The translations under genes were made by a program, and so were the position numbers. Below, piece after piece: positions 58,290 through 64,000 of a DNA stretch of 64,000 nucleotides. The notes under the pieces were generated by a model. It did no database searches. It was not told where the DNA came from and saw only the letters and a program-made list of their open reading frames with translations. Where the stretch lies: NCBI GenBank assembly GCA_963662465.1, contig OY759599.1, positions 1,408,001-1,472,000 of the forward strand, given 5' to 3'. Each line of letters begins with the position of its first letter. Positions within the stretch are counted from its first letter, which is position 1. This stretch comes from Desulfatiglandales bacterium. GTDB taxonomy: Bacteria; Desulfobacterota; DSM-4660; Desulfatiglandales; Desulfatiglandaceae.

Positions 58290-61175
58290 TTATTCTGCAA
58301 TGTCTCGCAGATCTTTTTCAAGAACCAGAAAAAGCGGGTCCGCCTTGAGACGGTTGGTCATTTTACCAAGGGCCTCATCTGACGGGCTTTTTCCGGTGTT
58401 ATAGGTCACGGCGCCGCGCAGATATCCGGTCCGACTGTCATCGGTCCAGAAGTCGTCCACGACAGTAATATCCGTATCAAGGGGTGCATCAATGAGCCGG
58501 CTCAGGTCATCTGTGCTCACACTGCTTAAAGCACCTGCACGAATCTGAATGTGGTCGAAGTCCCAGACCACGCGAAAGGCCACGTCCAGCGGGTGGTCTT
58601 TTGGATTGCCGATGACAATGACATTCCAGTCTTCCCCCTTATGATCAAACCCGTATAGCGTAGAATCGGGATACCAGTCCTGCATAATAGCGATTTGAGG
58701 ATCCGGTGCGGGAAGATAAAACCCTTTCTGATCGGTGCTGGTAGCCATGAGGTTTGAGCAGACAGGCAGGACCGAATCATTATGATATCCGGACATGGCA
58801 ATGACGGTCTGAGTAAAGGCCAGTGACGGGCTGTTGTAAATGAAGTTCCCCGCATCTGTTATGATTCGCGTCCAGCCACTGTAGAGAATATATTTTGGCG
58901 ACAGTGCCTGATTGAGACTGGAAAAATTTCGGGTGAACCAAAGCAGCCAGGGGTTATAGGTGGCGGCCTTCAGGTTCCCCAGAACGTTCAGGTAGTGGAG
59001 ATCAAAATCGCGTACATTTTCAATATCGCCAATCCAGCGGCTTTGGGAGCGATCTGATTTGTAGCTGAAATGATGCCCCACCAGACCCGCCCCAAGGGAA
59101 AAATACAATTTGCTTTTGCTGTCAAATGAATCCCATTCCAGGTCGGCGGTGGCCTGGGTGCTCACATCCAGGTGGGTGAGATTTGACCAGTTGTTGGGCC
59201 AGGTGTTTACCGATTGGGGCGTGCCGTGGTTGGGGCTTGCGAGCAAAATGGCCTTTCGTAACAGACCATAATTGTCGCTTCCGCCGGCCAGGGCCGAATG
59301 GGTTTCAATGGCGTTGCGGGTGATCAGGCCACCGGTGGAATGGGTCATGACAACCACCCCGGTATCGGGGTCATTCATCCCAATGCCCAGATCGGTCAGT
59401 GAATGATTTACCTTTACATCGTGAAGCAGTTCGCTGAACAGATTGCCGCTGAAATCGATATGTTTGTAACCGGGCCAGTGCATGAGGTACAGGTGATATT
59501 TTTGATTCAGTTCCGGAGTCCCCATGTAAAAGCTGATGAACCCATAGAGGTTCAGGACCGGGGAATGCGCCCAGTCACTGAGCCTGGCGGCACTGCGATA
59601 GCCCACATCCCCTTGCCACCCATGCACGAAAATCAGCGGAATTCGTCCATGGCCGTCTCCTAACGGATTGCTGCCGTATTCAGAGTCTTTCCATCCCGAA
59701 ATGGCCCCGGACTCCAGCAATCGATCCAGGTCCAGAATGTAGTGGGAATAGACATTTCCCGCGTCCACGGGCTGAAAATTGACGTCATGGCTGTTTAAAA
59801 GACTGTTGTACATATCATCGCTGTTGGCCCGGGTGACGCTCAGCGCACGGCTTGACAGCATGGGGGTCTGGGACTGATATCGGGTCAGGTCAACAAAGTC
59901 TTCCAGGGCGTAAAGAATCGTTGATCCAGCGGTAATGGATGCGATGACCAGTCTGTCCTGATGGGCTGCGTCAGTGAGGGAAAGGACTTTGCTCGTGAAA
60001 ATCTTACCGCTGCCCACGGAAATGGTTTCCAGAGGCGTGGTTTTCCCACCGATGGGCTGAAGGCCCAGTTGAATCACTACGTCTGTTGCGTGAACATCCT
60101 GGTTGAAGGTGGTTACAAAGGGGGCGTTGATGTTGTCCGCCTGAACAGCAAGCCCGGAGTTGTCCGGATCAATCAGTGTGCTGACGTTGCTGGTGGCTAT
60201 CTCAACGGTTCCGCTGATTTCAGGGATGACCGCATCTGCCGCAACAATCTTGGGCGTCGCTGAAGTGGACAGGTTTACAACCGGAGCGGCGCCCATGGGC
60301 TGTTTTTCAATGATTCTGATGGTGGCTGATTTCAAGATATTGTTTCCCAGGTTCAGCCGGTATGCATTCCACCGAAAACTGCCGTCCTCATGGCTTGAAC
60401 CGGATACCTCGATGGGGACGGCGCTGAGGTTGGAATCCTCCGGATCATAGGCGATAATCAGCTGTGCCTTTCCATCCGGCGTGATGATGGCGCGCTGAAC
60501 CTGGGAACCGGACGATAAATTGGGCGCCTCGCAAAGGCCAAGCGGATGGTTGGCTGAAACGATCATCTGGGCAATCTGCTCTGGATTCGGGAGGAATTCC
60601 GCATCCCCGTCAAAATAGGCGGCCATTTGGTCGGAAAGCTCCCCCATTACTTCCCGATAGGGAAATTGGTTTGAATTCGGAAGGTCTATGTCAAATGTTC
60701 CATTGATGCAGCTTTGCAGAAAGAGAGCGTAATCTTGAAGGCTTACGGTTTGACCCAGGGAACAAAGCCGGATGGCTGCTTCGGTGTCCGGAGAGATAAC
60801 GGCATCTTGTTCCGCGTAGTCATCCCCATGGGCGAATCCCGTGATCAGGGCTCGCAGAGAGCGGCCGTTACGCGTGACCTGAGCGATGAGATAGTTTGTT
60901 TCGGGCAGGGGTGTGTGCAATGAAAGGCGATAACTGCCGTCCGCCGAAAGTGGCATGGTGTTTTTTGTCAGTTCTTTTCCTGTACTGTCCAGCAGTGAAA
61001 CCATTGCTCCGGACGGATCTACGCCCACCACCGTTCCTGACACGGAGCCGTTGCCTGAGTTGTCGGCAGTGCTGCTTGAGGTGCTGTTATTGCAACCGGC
61101 GCCCACTGATAAACAGAAAAAAAGTGCCAGGAATAAAAACGTAACACGATATTTTTTTTCAAAACCTTTGTTCAT
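58290..61175 (-). CDS. Large lipoprotein with C-terminal alpha/beta-hydrolase domain
   Basis: Lipobox-like GAGC; LIFVHGWQG, THSTGG nucleophile elbow, LLASPNHGTP. Confidence 0.82.
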   Translation of the reverse strand: MNKGFEKKYRVTFLFLALFFCLSVGAGCNNSTSSSTADNSGNGSVSGTVVGVDPSGAMVSLLDSTGKELTKNTMPLSADGSYRLSLHTPLPETNYLIAQVTRNGRSLRALITGFAHGDDYAEQDAVISPDTEAAIRLCSLGQTVSLQDYALFLQSCINGTFDIDLPNSNQFPYREVMGELSDQMAAYFDGDAEFLPNPEQIAQMIVSANHPLGLCEAPNLSSGSQVQRAIITPDGKAQLIIAYDPEDSNLSAVPIEVSGSSHEDGSFRWNAYRLNLGNNILKSATIRIIEKQPMGAAPVVNLSTSATPKIVAADAVIPEISGTVEIATSNVSTLIDPDNSGLAVQADNINAPFVTTFNQDVHATDVVIQLGLQPIGGKTTPLETISVGSGKIFTSKVLSLTDAAHQDRLVIASITAGSTILYALEDFVDLTRYQSQTPMLSSRALSVTRANSDDMYNSLLNSHDVNFQPVDAGNVYSHYILDLDRLLESGAISGWKDSEYGSNPLGDGHGRIPLIFVHGWQGDVGYRSAARLSDWAHSPVLNLYGFISFYMGTPELNQKYHLYLMHWPGYKHIDFSGNLFSELLHDVKVNHSLTDLGIGMNDPDTGVVVMTHSTGGLITRNAIETHSALAGGSDNYGLLRKAILLASPNHGTPQSVNTWPNNWSNLTHLDVSTQATADLEWDSFDSKSKLYFSLGAGLVGHHFSYKSDRSQSRWIGDIENVRDFDLHYLNVLGNLKAATYNPWLLWFTRNFSSLNQALSPKYILYSGWTRIITDAGNFIYNSPSLAFTQTVIAMSGYHNDSVLPVCSNLMATSTDQKGFYLPAPDPQIAIMQDWYPDSTLYGFDHKGEDWNVIVIGNPKDHPLDVAFRVVWDFDHIQIRAGALSSVSTDDLSRLIDAPLDTDITVVDDFWTDDSRTGYLRGAVTYNTGKSPSDEALGKMTNRLKADPLFLVLEKDLRDIAE

Positions 61176-61409
61176 TTTGGATCTCCCTGTTTCCATTATA
61201 ATTGAGGTGATTTTTGGCGATTTTGAAAAGCTGATGAATGGGAAAGATCATAGGTGAGAAATTCCCGGATTGTCAATATCTATGTGGCTCATTGTCCTTG
61301 AACAGCAAAGAAACTTGCCTATACTCTGGGGTCAAAAGAACGGAATTGTCCCATATGTACGGGCTGCCCACAATCTTAAAAGGTATATTCACATGGAATT
61401 GATTGAAGC

Positions 61410-62064
61410 CTATCCAGCGCGGATGACGGCTTGAAATGCGCCATTGCCATGCTCACAAACCTTGATGTTTACAACAAAGGAAGGGTGGACGCCGGCTTGG
61501 AACCCATAAAGATCGGCATTGGTCTGAATACGGGGTTGTGTATGCTCGGTACGGTGGGCGGGAAAACAGGATGGAAACCACCGTCATTGGCGATGCCGTT
61601 AACCTGGCTTCACGAATTGAAGGAATGACAAAAAACTATCATGCCGACGTCTTAATTAGTGAGAACACTTTTCACTACTTGGATCAGACAAAAGATATGG
61701 GCATGCGCTTCCTGGACCGGGTGAGGGTCAAAGGGAAAATCCAGCCCAGTCTGTATATGAGGTCTTTGAGGGTGATTCACCCGGGTGCCGTAAAGGGAAA
61801 TTTCAAATCGAGGACGAAGAGGCGCTCATGAATAAATACGAGTATCCTTTCAGCCGCTATCAAAAGATGCAGCACGATAATTTCAGGGATGTCTTTTCCG
61901 GGCTCAAGGAGGAAATCAGCCTGCTCAACGACAGCAACAAGCTCTACACCCTGTTCCGTATCCAGCTCCTGGTGGTGGATTGGCTGGTCACCCATACCGC
62001 AAAACAGGACCGACATCTGGGCCGGTTTATTAAAAGAAAACAGTGCGGATTGTCAACCCGTTGA
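61410..62064 (+). pseudogene. Fragments of class III adenylate cyclase and hemerythrin domain
   Basis: IGIGLNTG...GTVG / R.E.TVIGDAVNLASRIE (frameshifted); YP....K.QH..F...DWL..HT...D. Confidence 0.75.
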
Positions 62065-62096
62065 CATCATGGACGTCCCATTGCACATTCCATGGG

Positions 62097-62444
62097 TTAG
62101 GAAATATCCATGACAAGTTTCATGCCTTCATAGACTTCAGCAAGTCTGTCTTTTTTGAGGCTGCCGATCATTTCTCTGAGGCTGGCTTTATCAACCGTTT
62201 TGATCTGCGTCATATTCACAACCGATCTTTTGGGGAGGTTTGCTTCACCCTGCCGCAGAATTACATTTCCCGGCAGTTCGCCGAATTTAAGGTTTGATGT
62301 GATGGCCGCTACAATAACCGTGTTCAATTTGCTGTCATTCAGGATGTCGTTTTGAACAACGAGTCCGGGGCGTCTACCCATCGGTTCGGAGCCTTTTGGG
62401 GGCGAAAAATCGACCCAGTAAACAGAACCTTTTCGAATTACCAT
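62097..62444 (-). CDS. mazF: PemK/MazF toxin
   Basis: G.VYWVDF.P.KGSE...RRPGLVVQND..N...L.TVIVAAITS. Confidence 0.92.
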   Translation of the reverse strand: MVIRKGSVYWVDFSPPKGSEPMGRRPGLVVQNDILNDSKLNTVIVAAITSNLKFGELPGNVILRQGEANLPKRSVVNMTQIKTVDKASLREMIGSLKKDRLAEVYEGMKLVMDIS

Positions 62445-62692
62445 TCCTGCCCCTCTTCAATCTCCGCTCCTTCGAACCATAAGGCGCTGCTGAGCTGTTC
62501 GTTTCTTACGGACTCATCTGAAAATATGCGATCGTAAGCCTCCTTGATATTGCGATTTCGATCCGACAGGAGCTTTTCCCTGAGTGTATCAGAAATAAAT
62601 TTGCTCCTGGAAAGGCCTTTTTGACGGCTCAAGGCATCGATCATTACGATCAGGTCTTTCGGAATTGTAATGGCAACCTTTTGAGTATGCAT
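62438..62692 (-). CDS. RHH antitoxin
   Basis: KVAITIPKDL...ID......G.SRS.FI; overlaps toxin. Confidence 0.85.
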   Translation of the reverse strand: MHTQKVAITIPKDLIVMIDALSRQKGLSRSKFISDTLREKLLSDRNRNIKEAYDRIFSDESVRNEQLSSALWFEGAEIEEGQEW

Positions 62693-62950
62693 GTTTTATT
62701 AACCTCTATTGGTGTGATATTAACTGCATACCAAAAGTCGGCATGTTTATCAAGCATTTGTCGGCAGTAAAAATGGCGTCTGGTTTTGACGCATGTCCCT
62801 GATTTTTAAAAACACCCAACAGCATCGCGCTGAAAATTGATTTCCCTGTTCCCCGGAAATCCACGAGAAGAATACCCTTTGGCAAAAAAGGGGCTTGAGA
62901 TCGCCTTCAACAACCTGTATCCTTCATTTTTCTAAAAGGAGGAAAACAGC

Positions 62951-64000
62951 ATGAACGAACCTGTTATCGTTCGATTTGCGCCCAGCCCGACCGGATATCT
63001 TCATATCGGCGGCGCCCGTACCGCTATTTTCAACTATTTGTACGCCCGGAAGACTGGTGGAAAATTCATTCTTCGAATCGAAGATACGGATCTTGAACGA
63101 TCCACGGAAAAGGCCATTGACGGCATACTGGACGGCCTGAAGTGGCTGGGTCTGGATTGGGACGAAGGACCCAATTTCCAGTCCCGTTCCATCGATGCGC
63201 ACCGGGAAACCGCGGAGCGGCTCCTGGCATCGGGTCATGCCTACAAATGCTTCTGTACGAAGGAAGAACTGGATGCCAAAAGGGAACAGGTCCGAGAGCA
63301 GAAAAAAACCTACCAGTACGATCGGACCTGCCGTCATCTCTCCCCGGAAGTCATTGCGGAAAAAGAGGCCGCCGGAATCCCTTTTACCATTCGGTTTCGG
63401 GCGCCGGAAGGGGCGGGCGCCGTCCGCTTCAACGATGTGGTGTACGGCACTATCGAGAAACAGTATGCGGATCTGGATGATTTCGTCATTGTCCGCTCCA
63501 ACGGTCAGCCCCTGTATGTGCTTTCCAATGCCGTGGATGATATGCGAGACGGCATTACCCATGTCATCAGGGGCCAGGACGGACTGGCCAATACCCCCAA
63601 ACAGGTGTTGATCTATCAGGCGCTGAAGGCGCCCGTTCCCCGCTTTGCCCACATGTCCCTGACACTGGACCCCCAAAAAGCCAAAATTTCCAAACGGCGG
63701 CACGGAGAAGCTGTGGCGATCCATTATTATCGGGAACGGGGATTCCTCCCATGGGCACTGGTGAATTTTCTGGTGCTTTTGGGGTGGTCGCCCGGTGATG
63801 CCAGGGAGTATTTTACGAAACCGGAGCTCATTGAGGCCTTTTCACTGGAAGGCATCAGCAAAACCAATTCCGTGTTCAATATCCGAAAAGATGATCCCAG
63901 ATTCTTCACCGATCCCAAGGCCATCAACACCAACGCCCATTATTTGAGAACCCTTCCCGTTCAAAGGATTCTGCCGGCGGTTCGAGAGCAGTTGGAGAAA
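62951..64000 (+). CDS. gltX: Glutamate--tRNA ligase (5' part, runs off window)
   Basis: MNEPVIVRFAPSPTGYLHIGGARTA...FILRIEDTD; ISKR (KMSKS equivalent); AGGAGG RBS. Confidence 0.96.
   Translation, partial: MNEPVIVRFAPSPTGYLHIGGARTAIFNYLYARKTGGKFILRIEDTDLERSTEKAIDGILDGLKWLGLDWDEGPNFQSRSIDAHRETAERLLASGHAYKCFCTKEELDAKREQVREQKKTYQYDRTCRHLSPEVIAEKEAAGIPFTIRFRAPEGAGAVRFNDVVYGTIEKQYADLDDFVIVRSNGQPLYVLSNAVDDMRDGITHVIRGQDGLANTPKQVLIYQALKAPVPRFAHMSLTLDPQKAKISKRRHGEAVAIHYYRERGFLPWALVNFLVLLGWSPGDAREYFTKPELIEAFSLEGISKTNSVFNIRKDDPRFFTDPKAINTNAHYLRTLPVQRILPAVREQLEK

Noticed and set aside
590..61227. CRISPR array or regularly spaced repeat array
   Set aside because: Repeats are irregular gene-fragment duplications and palindromes; no constant repeat-spacer period and no cas genes.
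1..64000. tRNA/rRNA genes, prophage or site-specific integrase defining an island
   Set aside because: None recognised; no tyrosine or serine recombinase or phage structural genes in the window.

Overview
A 64-kb accessory hotspot ending in the 5' part of gltX, probably from an anaerobic Desulfobacterota-like bacterium (inferred from gene content only). It is a patchwork of intact genes and many truncated or internally deleted, slightly diverged duplicates, often joined at microhomologies or short inverted-repeat ends. Intact genes include two B12-binding/DUF2284-like genes, an AlbA-type ATP-binding regulator, UvrD, DUF1848, DUF3300, a RecQ-dual-OB fusion with two DUF488 genes, an acetyl-CoA hydrolase/transferase, a LytTR two-component system flanked by lipoproteins, YhaO/YhaN, protoglobin-PsiE, an alpha/beta-hydrolase lipoprotein and an NHLP-type RiPP precursor. 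There are about 13 toxin-antitoxin loci (several broken) and eroded defence genes (OLD/UvrD, SBD-HNH, DUF1016, Dnd-associated MTase). Mobile DNA comprises an IS66-type element, a complete group II intron inside a REP-like palindrome, MITEs with 8-bp target duplications carrying REP doublets, degenerate attC sites, and a HUH/Y1 transposase bounded by 21-bp terminal inverted repeats with two mini-derivatives. The most novel candidates are this TIR-bounded Y1 element family with related GGGGWC ends at fragment junctions, the RecQ-dual-OB/DUF488 operon, an SSB-tail/clamp-motif module and the orphan NHLP precursor. All family calls are by motif recognition, not database searches.
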